A stretch of DNA of 64,000 bases, from the NCBI GenBank assembly GCA_965216755.1, contig CBDCGL010000011.1:4448001-4512000 (forward strand), in the 5' to 3' direction. The translations under genes and the position numbers were made by a program. Source of the DNA: Alphaproteobacteria bacterium. GTDB taxonomy: Bacteria; Pseudomonadota; Alphaproteobacteria; UBA7887. This document shows, piece after piece, positions 37,106 to 47,499 of the stretch (position 1 is its first letter; every line of letters starts with the position of its first letter). A model generated the notes under the pieces. The model was not told the DNA's origin. It worked only from the letters and a program-made list of their open reading frames with translations, and did not search any database.

Positions 37106-40006
37106 ATGACGACTGATGTAGCAGAACGGATCAAGCTCGGCGATAGTCGCCTTGCGCGACGACTGCGTGGCGCAATCGCCGGCGACGTCTTGTTTGACCG
37201 GTTCAGCCGCGGGCGCCATGCGACCGATGCGTCGATCTATCAGATTGAACCTGTGGGCGTGGTCGTGCCACGGCATCGCGACGACGTAGCCGCGGTCATC
37301 GACATCGCCGCCAACGAAGGCGTCGCCGTTTTGCCGAGGGGCGGCGGGACATCGCAATGCGGCCAGACGGTCGGGCGCGCGCTGGTCGTCGATATGTCAA
37401 AGCATTTCAACCAGGTGACCGCGCTCAATCCGGACGCCGCGACTGTTTCGGTCGAGCCGGGATTGGTGCTCGATCAGCTCAACGCGACGCTGCGGCCGCA
37501 CGGCTTGATGTTCCCGGTTGATGTTTCGACGGCCAATCGGGCCACGATCGGTGGCATGGCCGGCAACAACTCATGCGGCGCGCGCTCCATTCGTTACGGC
37601 AACATGGTGCACAATGTGCGGGCCATCGACGCGATATTGAGCGATGGGGCACAGATCCGCTTTGGGTCTGTGCCGGGCAACCTGGACGGCTTGGCCGACG
37701 CGCCGCGTTATGCGGCGTTGGTTCAAGACATGCGCGCCCTGCATGCGCGCGAAGCAGACGAGATCGCTGCCAAATGGCCAAAGCTGCTGCGCCGCGTTGG
37801 CGGCTATAACATCGATAGCATCGCGTCGACCGGCCACAATATGGCCGACCTTTTAGTCGGCTCCGAGGGCACGCTCGGTTTCTTTACGGAGATCGAGCTC
37901 GATCTGAAACCGATCCCGCCGCACACGACATTGGGCGTGTGCCATTTTCCCAGCCTCCATCAGGCCATGGCGGCGACGCGGCAGATTGTCACATTGGATC
38001 CCGACGCGGTCGAATTGGCCGATCGCACCATGATCGATTTGGCGCGTGATCGACCGCTTTATCGGAACACAATTGAGCGGTTTGTGCGCGGTGAGCCGGC
38101 CGCCCTGCTTCTGGTCGAGTTTACCGGAGAGACGGAGGAGGGGCCGCGTCGCCAGCTGCGGCGATTGGTCACCATGATGGCCGACCTCGGTTTTCCCGGC
38201 GCGGTTGTCGAAGCCCATGACAAGGACTTCCAAAAAGCGGTATGGGACGTTCGCAAGGCCGCGCTGAACATCATGATGTCTATGAAGGGCGATGGCAAAC
38301 CGGTCTCGTTCATCGAAGACTGCGCCGTGTCACTCGAGGATCTGCCAGACTATACGGATCGGCTGACACAACTGTTTGCGAAACACGGGACAACGGGCAC
38401 GTGGTATGCGCACGCGTCGGTGGGTTGTCTCCATGTGCGCCCGATATTGAATATGAAAGATCCGTCGGCCGCGTCGACCATGCGTGCCATCGCGGAAGAA
38501 GCCTTCGCGATCGTGCGCGAATATCAGGGCGCGCATTCCGGCGAGCATGGCGATGGCATCGTTCGCTCAGAATTTCACGAAGAAATGTTTGGGTCGCGTT
38601 TGGCGCGCGCGTTCGAGACTGTCAAGGATCGATTTGATCCGGCGGGGCTTTTCAATCCCGGCAAAATCGTGCGTCCGGAACGCATGGACGACCGGTCGCT
38701 TTTCCGTTACGGCCCTGCCTATCGGCCACGACCCCATGAGGCGGTGCTGGATTGGTCCGAATGGGGCGGCTTCTTGCCGGCGGTGGAGATGTGCAACAAC
38801 AACGGCGCTTGTCGAAAGGCGTCGGCCGGCGTGATGTGCCCGTCATTTCGGGCCACGGGCGATGAGCAGCATGTCACCCGCGGTCGCGCCAATACGTTAC
38901 GGCTTGCGCTCAGCGGACAATTGGGACCCGACGCCCTGCGCTCTGATGGCGTCGCCGCCGCGTTCGATCTGTGCCTGAGTTGCAAGGGGTGTCGGCGCGA
39001 ATGCCCGACTGGCGTCGACATGGCACGGATGAAAATCGAAGTGGCTCACGCCCGACGACAAGTCAGAAGCCCGAGTCTGCGCGACCGCTTGATCGGTTTT
39101 TTGCCACGCTATGCGTCGTGGGCGAGTCGGTTTGGGCCCATCATCAATCGCCTCAATGGCTTGGCTTGGCTGCGACGACTGGTCGGCTTCGCCCACCAGC
39201 GTCCATTGCCGCGCTGGCACGTTGATCCGTTCAAGGGCGCGACATTCGCCGGCGACCCCGATCCTGACCTGGTTCTGTTTGTCGATACGTTCAATTGCTG
39301 GTTTTCGCCGGATGTGGCGCGCGCGGCGGTCAAGGTCCTGCGCGCGGCCGGTTATCGGGTCGCGATTGCGTGTGGTCGGGGGCGGCGACCTCTGTGCTGT
39401 GGTCGGACTTTCCTGTCGGCAGGGATGATCGACGACGCGCGCCGCGAAATGCGTCGGTCGATAACGGCTTTGGCGCCCTATGCGGTTCGGGGGCTGCCGA
39501 TTGTTGGCCTGGAACCGTCGTGCTTGTTCACCCTGCGCGATGAGTTGGTCGCTCTGTTGCCGGGGCCGCATGCCCAGGCGCTCGCAGACCATGCGGTTCT
39601 GTTTGACCAGTTTGTCGCCAACGAGCGCCGAGCCGGCCGTTTCGATGTGCCATTGCGTGATCATGCGACTGGGACCGCTGTCGCACACACCCACTGTCAT
39701 CAAAAAGCATTTGAAGCAGCCGACGCAACTGCCGATGCTTTGGACGTGATCCCAAATTTGGATGTGCAGGCGATCGGCGGCACCTGCTGTGGCATGGCGG
39801 GGGCCTTTGGCTATGAGGCGGAACACTATGATTTGTCGATGAGGATCGGCGCGCTTGACGTCTTGCCGAGGGTGGCTGCAGCGGGTCCGAAGGCGACCAT
39901 TGTCGCAAATGGAATCAGCTGCCGTCATCAGATTGCGGACGGCACTGGCCGGTCGCCCAAACACGTCGCGGAAGTGCTTGCCGCGGCGATCGATCAGCGC
40001 GCCTGA
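37106..40006 (+). CDS. FAD-binding and Fe-S-binding oxidoreductase (GlcD/GlcF fusion type, 2-hydroxyacid dehydrogenase-like)
   Basis: PRGGGTSQCGQ, GSEGTL, HASVGCLH, GEHGDG, CNNNGAC, CLSCKGCRRECP, CCG motifs. Confidence 0.92.
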   Translation: MTTDVAERIKLGDSRLARRLRGAIAGDVLFDRFSRGRHATDASIYQIEPVGVVVPRHRDDVAAVIDIAANEGVAVLPRGGGTSQCGQTVGRALVVDMSKHFNQVTALNPDAATVSVEPGLVLDQLNATLRPHGLMFPVDVSTANRATIGGMAGNNSCGARSIRYGNMVHNVRAIDAILSDGAQIRFGSVPGNLDGLADAPRYAALVQDMRALHAREADEIAAKWPKLLRRVGGYNIDSIASTGHNMADLLVGSEGTLGFFTEIELDLKPIPPHTTLGVCHFPSLHQAMAATRQIVTLDPDAVELADRTMIDLARDRPLYRNTIERFVRGEPAALLLVEFTGETEEGPRRQLRRLVTMMADLGFPGAVVEAHDKDFQKAVWDVRKAALNIMMSMKGDGKPVSFIEDCAVSLEDLPDYTDRLTQLFAKHGTTGTWYAHASVGCLHVRPILNMKDPSAASTMRAIAEEAFAIVREYQGAHSGEHGDGIVRSEFHEEMFGSRLARAFETVKDRFDPAGLFNPGKIVRPERMDDRSLFRYGPAYRPRPHEAVLDWSEWGGFLPAVEMCNNNGACRKASAGVMCPSFRATGDEQHVTRGRANTLRLALSGQLGPDALRSDGVAAAFDLCLSCKGCRRECPTGVDMARMKIEVAHARRQVRSPSLRDRLIGFLPRYASWASRFGPIINRLNGLAWLRRLVGFAHQRPLPRWHVDPFKGATFAGDPDPDLVLFVDTFNCWFSPDVARAAVKVLRAAGYRVAIACGRGRRPLCCGRTFLSAGMIDDARREMRRSITALAPYAVRGLPIVGLEPSCLFTLRDELVALLPGPHAQALADHAVLFDQFVANERRAGRFDVPLRDHATGTAVAHTHCHQKAFEAADATADALDVIPNLDVQAIGGTCCGMAGAFGYEAEHYDLSMRIGALDVLPRVAAAGPKATIVANGISCRHQIADGTGRSPKHVAEVLAAAIDQRA

Positions 40007-40039
40007 GGGAGATCATCCGACCCCGGGAAAGGCACAACG

Positions 40040-40585
40040 ATGCACTTGAGATGGATGTTTTTCGGCATTTTCCTTGCCGCGGCGCCGATCCTTGCCGGGT
40101 GTGCCGGGCGCGCGGTGGTTCCGCCCAAACCAACGCCGCCGGTCGTCAAGCCCGAGGTTTTGACTGAATCCGAGCGGTTCTGCCGGGCACTTGATCAAAT
40201 ACTGGCGGCACAGGAGGACGACTTTGTCTCCTTGCGTGGCCGGCCGCTGGGGCGGGATTCATGGGCGGCGGCGCTCCTGCTGCCGCGCACCCAGCGCTGC
40301 TTGGTGCGGACCGTAACCGGGCCGGAATTTGAGTGTCGTGGCGCCGATGCCCAATGGTCCGATCAAGCAGCGTTGAAATCGGAATTTCAGCATTTGGAGG
40401 CGTTGCTGGACCATTGTTTGGTCTACGATGCTGGCGAGGGATCCGCCTGGTACGCGTCGGCCCTGAACGACAATCCACCAGGTTTTGCGAAATTTTACAA
40501 AAACGGCCGCCGGCAAGTCTTTGTGACAACCAGCCAGGATGTGCAGTCAAAAAGATATTTCAATACGATAAAGATACATTATTAA
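40040..40585 (+). CDS. Hypothetical lipoprotein
   Basis: Lipobox ILAG-C, Pro-rich linker, RBS-like ggaaagg. Confidence 0.65.
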   Translation: MHLRWMFFGIFLAAAPILAGCAGRAVVPPKPTPPVVKPEVLTESERFCRALDQILAAQEDDFVSLRGRPLGRDSWAAALLLPRTQRCLVRTVTGPEFECRGADAQWSDQAALKSEFQHLEALLDHCLVYDAGEGSAWYASALNDNPPGFAKFYKNGRRQVFVTTSQDVQSKRYFNTIKIHY

Positions 40586-40635
40586 AGTATGAAATAAGGA
40601 TCGGGCCATAGAAGAGTAAGTAATTTGTATAAAAT

Positions 40636-41412
40636 GTGATATTGTCACCCAAGTGTGTGAGGGGCGTGGCACATGGGGAACGACCGGAATTGAAACGCTC
40701 GCCTTTCAAGAATTTTTCGCCGTTGGCGTGGCCCTATCTTTTGATGGCTGCCCTGGCGGCCACGCTGATGTTCGCATCCCAGATTTTTGGTGCCGCGGCA
40801 GCGGAAACGCTGGGCGCCGAGACTGTTCGTCACGTCCAAGTCGCATTGCTGGCGCGCGGCTATGACCCTGGCCCCAGTGATGGCGCATTGGGGTCGCGCA
40901 CGCGCGGCGCCGTGAAGAGTTTTCAGGCTGCGTCTGGCCTGGACCCGACCGGTATAGTCACGGAGGATGTTTTACGCCGGCTCGGGATTGAGCCGCCGCC
41001 GCCACCGCAGTTGATCCGGGCGGTCCAATTGGCCTTGGCGAAACGTGGCTATGACCCCGGTCCGGCCGACGGCACCATGGGGCGGAAAACGCGCCAGGCC
41101 GTAACCAGCTATCAAAGCGACAACGATCTACCCGTCAGTGGCCGCGTGACAATGTGGCTGGTCAACCATTTGGGCATGGATGTGCCCGACGTCGTTGCCA
41201 CGCGCAGACTCAAGGCCGAACTGGCGGCGCGGTCGCAAGCGCCACTTCGTTTGAGTGATACGCAGCTGCGCAGCTTGCATTGCTGGCCGGTCCTGTCCTT
41301 ACCGACAAGCGATGAACCTTGTCCGGAATCCGAAAGATCGACGCTGCGCGATATGCGCTTGTTTATTGAGCCGGGCGCGCGCGCCGCATCGCCGACCGGT
41401 CCCACCAAATGA
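40636..41412 (+). CDS. Peptidoglycan-binding domain protein (two PG_binding_1 repeats)
   Basis: Two copies of VQ.AL..RGYDPGP.DG..G..TR.AV..(F/Y)Q..L...G.VT. Start may lie further downstream (e.g. 40744). Confidence 0.85.
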   Translation: MILSPKCVRGVAHGERPELKRSPFKNFSPLAWPYLLMAALAATLMFASQIFGAAAAETLGAETVRHVQVALLARGYDPGPSDGALGSRTRGAVKSFQAASGLDPTGIVTEDVLRRLGIEPPPPPQLIRAVQLALAKRGYDPGPADGTMGRKTRQAVTSYQSDNDLPVSGRVTMWLVNHLGMDVPDVVATRRLKAELAARSQAPLRLSDTQLRSLHCWPVLSLPTSDEPCPESERSTLRDMRLFIEPGARAASPTGPTK

Positions 41413-41565
41413 AACCGCACTGCCTGATCGGCCGCGCGCAAGGACGCCGATAACATCTGTCATCTTTCTGTGCGCAATCAATCGTGGCGCTGACACGTCT
41501 CTTATACGGGAGACGGCGCGCGCAGCCGTCGCTTTGCCGTGGAAGCTTGCCAGGAGGGGCGGTTC

Positions 41566-42615
41566 ATGACAGCCAGAAAGTCGTTTCTTTCAGATCTATT
41601 CGCCGGCGTTGTTGCGTCTATGGTTGCGATCTCCGCGGTCGCCGTAGCCGACGACTATGCCGATTATCGCGAACAGCTCGAAGCAATTCCGGCGTTGCCG
41701 CCGATCCCGGCCGACAACTCGATCACCGACGATCGATTGAAGCTAGGTCAGATGCTCTATTGGGACCGGAGGACGTCGAAGACTGGACAAACCAGCTGCG
41801 CCTTTTGCCATCACCCGGCCTATTACGGCGCGGAGCCAATGGATCGATCGCTGGGCGTGTTCGGCGAGGTTCATGCCGCCAACGCGCATACGGTCTTGAA
41901 CGCGGCATTTCATCCGGCGCAGTTCTTCAACGGATCGGCGCCGACATTGGAGGCTCAGGCCCTGGGCGCGATCAAGTCGCACGTGGCGTCGCGCAGTTGG
42001 CCTGAAGAGGTCGCGGCACGGCTCAACCGGATCCCCGGATATCGCGCACTTTCCGAGCAAGCCTATGGCGCGCCTCTGAGCGAGGAAATCATTGGCAAGG
42101 CGATCGCGACTTTTGTGCGGACATTGATCACGCCCGACTATCCGCTTGCCCGTTGGCTCAACGGCGACGAGGACGCCATGACCACGCAACAAAAGCGCGG
42201 CATGGCGCTGTTTGTGGATCACGGCTGCACCGGCTGCCACAGCGCGCCGTACTTCTCCAATTTCTCATATCAGAAATTCGAGATTGAGGGCGGCATGCAC
42301 CACCCGGGCCGCTACAAAGTCACCGAGGTGGACGACGACAAATATCGATTCAAGGTTCCGTCATTGCTGAATGTGGCGATGACGCCACCCTATACGCATG
42401 CCGGCGTGATCAAGGATTTACGGACAATGGTTCGCGTGATGGGTCAAAAAATGCTTGCGATCGAATTACCCGATGACGAGGTTGCCGACATCGTCGCGTT
42501 CCTCCATGCACTCACCGGCAAAATGCCCGCGCATTTCATGACCGTCCCGGTCATTCCAATCGGTGGCGGTGAAGGCGATTTTGGGCCCAACCTGACTCCA
42601 TCGACGAAGGAGTAG
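41566..42615 (+). CDS. Di-heme cytochrome c peroxidase/MauG superfamily protein (non-canonical)
   Basis: Signal peptide, CAFCH and CTGCH heme motifs, FKVPSLLNV, TPPYTHAG, IVAFLHALTG. Confidence 0.88.
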   Translation: MTARKSFLSDLFAGVVASMVAISAVAVADDYADYREQLEAIPALPPIPADNSITDDRLKLGQMLYWDRRTSKTGQTSCAFCHHPAYYGAEPMDRSLGVFGEVHAANAHTVLNAAFHPAQFFNGSAPTLEAQALGAIKSHVASRSWPEEVAARLNRIPGYRALSEQAYGAPLSEEIIGKAIATFVRTLITPDYPLARWLNGDEDAMTTQQKRGMALFVDHGCTGCHSAPYFSNFSYQKFEIEGGMHHPGRYKVTEVDDDKYRFKVPSLLNVAMTPPYTHAGVIKDLRTMVRVMGQKMLAIELPDDEVADIVAFLHALTGKMPAHFMTVPVIPIGGGEGDFGPNLTPSTKE

Positions 42616-42653
42616 GTCGCGCGCCACGTGCGATCAGCCGGCTGGACGCTTTA

Positions 42654-43487
42654 GGGCTTGTTGAGAATTAGGATTCCCATGGTGTTGTATTTGTGATTCA
42701 AGCTTCCTTTTGGGGGCTTTGATGACGCGTACAGTACTTTCAGACGATCAATGGGCCAAGATGGAGCCGCATTGCTTAGGCAAGCGGACTGATCCGGGCC
42801 GCAGTGGTGATAACAACCGGTTGTTTGTCGAAGGGGTTTTGTGGAAGGCGCGGACGGGCAGTCCTTGGCGCGATCTTCCTGAAGAATTCGGCAAGTGGAA
42901 CACGGTATTCAAGCGGTTTGACGATTGGTCGAAGGCGGGCGTTTTCGAACGTCTCTTTGCCGCGGTCTCGGATGACCCTGATATGGAATATGCCATGATC
43001 GACGCCACCATTGTTCCGGTCCACCGCCACGGACACGGCGCAAAAGGGGGACTCAAAATCAAGCCATCGGCAAGTCGAAGGGAGGCTGGACCACCAAAAT
43101 CCTTGCGCTGACGGATGGCTTGGGAAATCTCGTACGCTTTGTCCTGCTGGCGGGAAACCGTTACGATACGGTCGGTGTTGCGCCGCTAATCGAAGACATC
43201 GAATTCGACGCAGTGCTGGCCGATAAAGCATTCGATTCCAACTGGATCATCGAAGAGATGAATGAACGCGGGGCGCAGATCGTCATTTCGCAACGCCCCC
43301 AGAGGTTGGCCCCTCTCAAGATTGATCTGGAGATCTACAAGTGGCGCCACCTGATCGAAAACTTCTTTGCGAAGCTCAAGGAATTCAAAGCGGTCGCCAT
43401 GCGTTGCGAAAAGACAGATCGTAACTTTTGTTCCATGATTCACGCATGCGCCGCGGTCATCAATTCTCGATGAATCTCAACAAGCCC
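42654..43487 (+). mobile_element. IS5-family insertion sequence (IS427-like), apparently intact
   Basis: 13-bp IRs gggcttgttgaga / tctcaacaagccc flanked by a TA duplication. Two ORFs joined at an A4G5 slippery site (43042-43050). Confidence 0.92.
42722..43473 (+). CDS. IS5 transposase (orfA/orfB, probable programmed -1 frameshift)
   Basis: LSDDQW..RLFVEGVLW..RTGSPWRDLPEEFGKWNTV..IDAT, then LADKAFDS..YKWRHLIENFFAKLKEF. Confidence 0.9.
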
Positions 43488-43963
43488 TAGTTTGAGCCCC
43501 AGCCGGCGCGGCTCGCGCGCTTTTCCAAATATTGCTGGTGATAGTCCTCGGCAGGATAGAAATCACCAACCGGCGCAATCGCCGTGACTATCGGACGGCC
43601 AAATCGACCGGACTTGTCGGCGGCGTCCTTTGACGTGGTCGCTGCCCGCGCTTGCGCATCGTCGTGGGTGAGAATTATGGAGCGATATTGGGTGCCCATG
43701 TCCGGGCCCTGGCGGTTCAATGTGGTCGGGTCGTGGACGGCCCAAAACACATCCAACAATTGCTCAAAAGTCACACGCGAGGGATCGAACTCCAACTGCA
43801 CGACTTCGGCATGCCCAGTATCACCCGTACACACATCCTCATATGTTGGGTTGACCATCGTGCCACCGGCATAGCCGACGACAGTGGCAGTGACGCCATC
43901 GACTTGGCGGAATGCGGCTTCAACGCCCCAAAAACATCCCGCTCCGAATGTGGCTTTTGCCAT
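43487..43963 (-). CDS. msrA: Peptide methionine (S)-sulfoxide reductase
   Basis: GAGCFWGVE, TGHAEVV, HDPTTLNRQGPDMGTQYRS, AEDYHQQY. Confidence 0.96.
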   Translation of the reverse strand: MAKATFGAGCFWGVEAAFRQVDGVTATVVGYAGGTMVNPTYEDVCTGDTGHAEVVQLEFDPSRVTFEQLLDVFWAVHDPTTLNRQGPDMGTQYRSIILTHDDAQARAATTSKDAADKSGRFGRPIVTAIAPVGDFYPAEDYHQQYLEKRASRAGWGSN

Positions 43964-44094
43964 TCTTGGCCTCCAATTGCCATGTGCTTAGCCATGTGGG
44001 CTCGACGCACGAACATTAAAGGGGCAGTCTTGCGCCGAAACCAGCTGTTGCAAGACTACCACAATAATTCGAAGGGTTTTGTGGTAATCATGCA

Positions 44095-44137
44095 ACGAAA
44101 AGGCCCACATCGTGGTCTTGATGCGGGCCCGTTTCGT
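44095..44137. terminator. Terminator-like hairpin downstream of the lactonase gene
   Basis: Imperfect stem acgaaa-aggcccacatc...gatgcgggcc-cgtttcgt. Confidence 0.45.
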
Positions 44138-44158
44138 CACTGAGTTTTTCAGGTGGCG

Positions 44159-45298
44159 TCAGGTGATATGCGCCCCTTTGGTCTCCACGAACACGGCATA
44201 AAGAGATTGGCTGCCGGTCATGAACAGGCGGTTTCGTTTGGTGCCACCGAAGCAGACATTCGAACAGATTTCCGGCAAACGAATTTGACCGATTCGATCG
44301 CCGTTGGGCGCGAAGATGTGAACGCCGTCATAGCCGTCGCCGACCCAGCCGGCGCTGGCCCACACATTGCCATCTTCATCGCAGCGAATGCCATCCGCAA
44401 AGCCGCCTTTGCCGTCAAGTTCCATGCTGGCAAAGGTCGACGGGTTGCTTAGCGTTGCGCCGTCGACGTCGTAGCCCCAAATGATTTTTTGGGCGTCCGG
44501 ATAGTGAGACGCGCCAGTGTCGGCCACGTATAGCCGCTTGTAATCGTTCGAGAAACAGAGGCCATTCGGTTTGAACGGCTGGTCGGCCACCTTGGTGATC
44601 GCGCCGGACTGGGCGTCGATCCGATAGACGGCCTCTTTCTGGAACGGTTGCGGCGAACCCGTGTTAAACCGATTGCCTTCGTAGTTCATAAGGCTGCCGT
44701 AACCGGGATCGGTAAACCAAATCGAGCCGTCGTCGGGATGGACCACGGCATCATTTGGTGCGTTAAATTCCTTGCCGTCGAAGGAATCCGCCAACACGGT
44801 TTGGGTGCCGTCATATTCATATCGCACGACCCGGCGATTGCCGTGTTCGCACGCAATTTGGCGGCCGCTGAAGTCAAACGTATTGCCGTTACTGTTGCCA
44901 GACGGATAGCGGAACTGACGCGACACGTGGCCGTCTTCTTCAATCCAGCGCAACTGTTCGTTGCTTGGGATATCGCTCCACAACAGATAACGGCCGACCC
45001 CATTCCATGCCGGACCCTCGGCCCAAAACGTGCCCCTATAGAGACGCAAGATCGGAGTATTGCCGAGTTTGTATTTGAACCGTGGATCCAGGCCAACGAC
45101 GTCTGGTTCCGGATACCGGACCGGCTCTGCGTCTGGACCAAAGTTACGCGCAAACGCATCCGGCGCCATCGCCGTAACCGCGGCGAGCGCCGTCGCGACG
45201 CCAAAAAAGTCGCGGCGGTTCATGGACCGTTTTTCGCGATCGGCGTCCGTTACCGGCTTGGCCAGATCGATGAATTTATGCTCCTGAACTCTTCGCAT
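44159..45298 (-). CDS. SMP-30/gluconolactonase family, Tat-exported
   Basis: Tat motif MNRRDFF, WAEGPAW, NSNGNT, FNAPND, FTDPGYG, PNGLCFS, ADGIRCD. Confidence 0.92.
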   Translation of the reverse strand: MRRVQEHKFIDLAKPVTDADREKRSMNRRDFFGVATALAAVTAMAPDAFARNFGPDAEPVRYPEPDVVGLDPRFKYKLGNTPILRLYRGTFWAEGPAWNGVGRYLLWSDIPSNEQLRWIEEDGHVSRQFRYPSGNSNGNTFDFSGRQIACEHGNRRVVRYEYDGTQTVLADSFDGKEFNAPNDAVVHPDDGSIWFTDPGYGSLMNYEGNRFNTGSPQPFQKEAVYRIDAQSGAITKVADQPFKPNGLCFSNDYKRLYVADTGASHYPDAQKIIWGYDVDGATLSNPSTFASMELDGKGGFADGIRCDEDGNVWASAGWVGDGYDGVHIFAPNGDRIGQIRLPEICSNVCFGGTKRNRLFMTGSQSLYAVFVETKGAHIT

Positions 45299-45542
45299 GA
45301 GTTTCCCCTCTCGGAGCTCGCATGCTCCTCCCTAGTGTGAGTGTGCGTCCGGTGAAGCCGGCGCAGACACATTCTGCCTCGGCTGCGACACATTTTCGAG
45401 CCCCAAAGGCGCCTAGACCGTTGGACCCATAAATTCTCGGCAACACTGACTGTGTCGGCAGCCCGCGACGTTGGCGCACTGTGCCAATTGTCAGGTCCGG
45501 GTCAAAGTGCGTTAGAATGCCGAACCATAAGGGGAGGAACGC

Positions 45543-46379
45543 ATGCCAAACATCTTATCCGAGGCGCGGGTCGCGGCCTATCGGCGCGACGGGTATGTAT
45601 TCCCGATACCGGTCATGTCGGTGGATGACGCCCTGACCTGCCGGCGCAAGCTGGAATCGATCGAGACTCCAGATGGTGGTTTGCCAGGCGCCGGCAATGT
45701 CAAGCCGCATCTGCTCTATACTTTTTTGGCAGATTTGGTGCGTGCGCCGACGGTGCTGGATGCGGTGGAAGACATCATCGGCCCGAACATTTTGTGCTGG
45801 GCATCGGGCTTTTTCACCAAGGAATGTGGCAGCAACGGTTTCGTGTCATGGCACCAGGACTCGACCTATTGGGGGCTCAGCGACCCCGATGTCGTGACGG
45901 CGTGGATCGCCCTAAGTCCGTCGACGCCCGAGTCCGGTTGTATGCGCGTGATGCCTGGTACGCATGCCCAAGACCAGATCGCGCACATCGATACCCATGC
46001 GACGACAAACATGCTTTCGCGCGGTCAAGAAATCGCAGTCGACGTGGATGAATCGCAAGCTATCGATATTGTGCTCGCGCCCGGCGAGATGTCGTTGCAT
46101 CACGTGCGTCTTTATCATGGCTCGCAGATTAACCGGTCGGCCGATCGACGCATCGGTTACGCGGTGCGATACATCCCGCCCCACATACGCCAAATCAATG
46201 GACCGGCGGATTCGGCAACTCTGGTGCGCGGCGTCGATCGGTATAACAATTTCGAACACGAGCCGCGGCCGCCATCGGATATGCACGCCGATGCGGTGGC
46301 TTGGCATAGGCGCGCCGTCGATTTGCACGGACAGCTCCTGTTCCAAGACAGCGCGCAGCGACCTCAACGTTACCAATAG
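45543..46379 (+). CDS. PhyH-family Fe(II)/2-oxoglutarate dioxygenase
   Basis: YRRDGY, WHQD, VTAWIAL, GCMRVMPGTH, HGS..N.S..RR. Confidence 0.9.
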   Translation: MPNILSEARVAAYRRDGYVFPIPVMSVDDALTCRRKLESIETPDGGLPGAGNVKPHLLYTFLADLVRAPTVLDAVEDIIGPNILCWASGFFTKECGSNGFVSWHQDSTYWGLSDPDVVTAWIALSPSTPESGCMRVMPGTHAQDQIAHIDTHATTNMLSRGQEIAVDVDESQAIDIVLAPGEMSLHHVRLYHGSQINRSADRRIGYAVRYIPPHIRQINGPADSATLVRGVDRYNNFEHEPRPPSDMHADAVAWHRRAVDLHGQLLFQDSAQRPQRYQ

Positions 46380-46418
46380 TGGCGATTGGCGCCGCAAACT
46401 GAATTTGGAGGAGCCCCG

Positions 46419-47453
46419 ATGACACGACCAGCGCGCCCATGTCTTGTGCTTGCCGTCGGTTGGCTGTTGGCGGCCTTGGCGCCGGTGACGAGCGCCTGGG
46501 CACAAGCCGACCATCAATGGAAAATGCAATCGCTTTGGCAAGCCGGGTCGATCAACCAGACCGTGTTCGAGGATTTCTGTACACGGGTCGGCGAGATCAC
46601 TGGCGGCCGTTTGATCATAGAACCTCTGCCGGTGGGGACGATCGTAGCCTACAACGAGACACTCGATGCGGTCGCAGCGGGCATCCTTGATGCGCAACAT
46701 GGCGGATCGGGCTATTTCGCCGGCAAGGATCCGGCTTTCGCGATTTTGGGCGACCTGAACGGCGGCTATGAGGACGTGCGTCAGCTGCAGATGTGGTTTG
46801 AATATGGCGGTGGTAAGGAGCTGGCCCGCGAGCTGTTTGCGCAATACGGCCTGTACTATGTTGGCGGTGTGTCGTGGGGCGCGGAATCGATTCCATCGAA
46901 GTTGCCCATCCGTTCGATCACCGATTTCAAGGGTGTCAAGATTCGTGCACCGGAAGGTATGAGCCAAGAGATCTTCGAGCTCATCGGCGCGTCGCCGGTC
47001 AACATTCCCGGTAGCGAGGTTTACACGGCTCTGGATCGCGGTGTGATCGATGCCGCCGACTGGGGGACGCTGGGCATGAACGACGACCTTGGCTATCACG
47101 AGATCGCGCCATACCCCCTCTATCCGGGTTTTCATTCGGCGCCGATGGCCGACGTTGCCGTCAACATGGCCAGATGGGAGGCGTTGCCCGATGACCTCAA
47201 GGCCTTATTGGAACTGGCGGTGCGTGATTTTTCGCGCGACATGGTCGAGCAGATCAGGCTGCAAGATTCAACCGTTGCCGCCAGCGCCGTTGCCAATGGT
47301 GTCGAACTGATCAATTGGTCGTCTGAGGATCGACGCGCGTTTCGAGAAATCGCGGCAGGGGTCTGGGCGGAATATGCGGCGCGAAGTCCCATGGCCCAAC
47401 GCATTTATGAGTCCCACATGGCGTTTTTGAGGCGACTCGGATTGTTGGACTGA
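46419..47453 (+). CDS. dctP: TRAP substrate-binding protein DctP (copy 1)
   Basis: Signal peptide, WKMQS, ETLDAVAAGILD, YFAGKDPAF, FKGVKIRAP, EVYTALDRGVIDAADW. Confidence 0.92.
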   Translation: MTRPARPCLVLAVGWLLAALAPVTSAWAQADHQWKMQSLWQAGSINQTVFEDFCTRVGEITGGRLIIEPLPVGTIVAYNETLDAVAAGILDAQHGGSGYFAGKDPAFAILGDLNGGYEDVRQLQMWFEYGGGKELARELFAQYGLYYVGGVSWGAESIPSKLPIRSITDFKGVKIRAPEGMSQEIFELIGASPVNIPGSEVYTALDRGVIDAADWGTLGMNDDLGYHEIAPYPLYPGFHSAPMADVAVNMARWEALPDDLKALLELAVRDFSRDMVEQIRLQDSTVAASAVANGVELINWSSEDRRAFREIAAGVWAEYAARSPMAQRIYESHMAFLRRLGLLD

Positions 47454-47499
47454 ACGGCGCCGTGGCATGACGGCATTGCGGGTTGGTGGGAGGCGGATC

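Noticed and set aside
40635-40649. CRP-like TGTGA-tattg-TCACC
   Set aside because: The spacer is 5 bp rather than 6.
45543-46379. Possible SyrB2-like halogenase
   Set aside because: It keeps HxD (WHQD). Halogenases replace the Asp with Ala or Gly.
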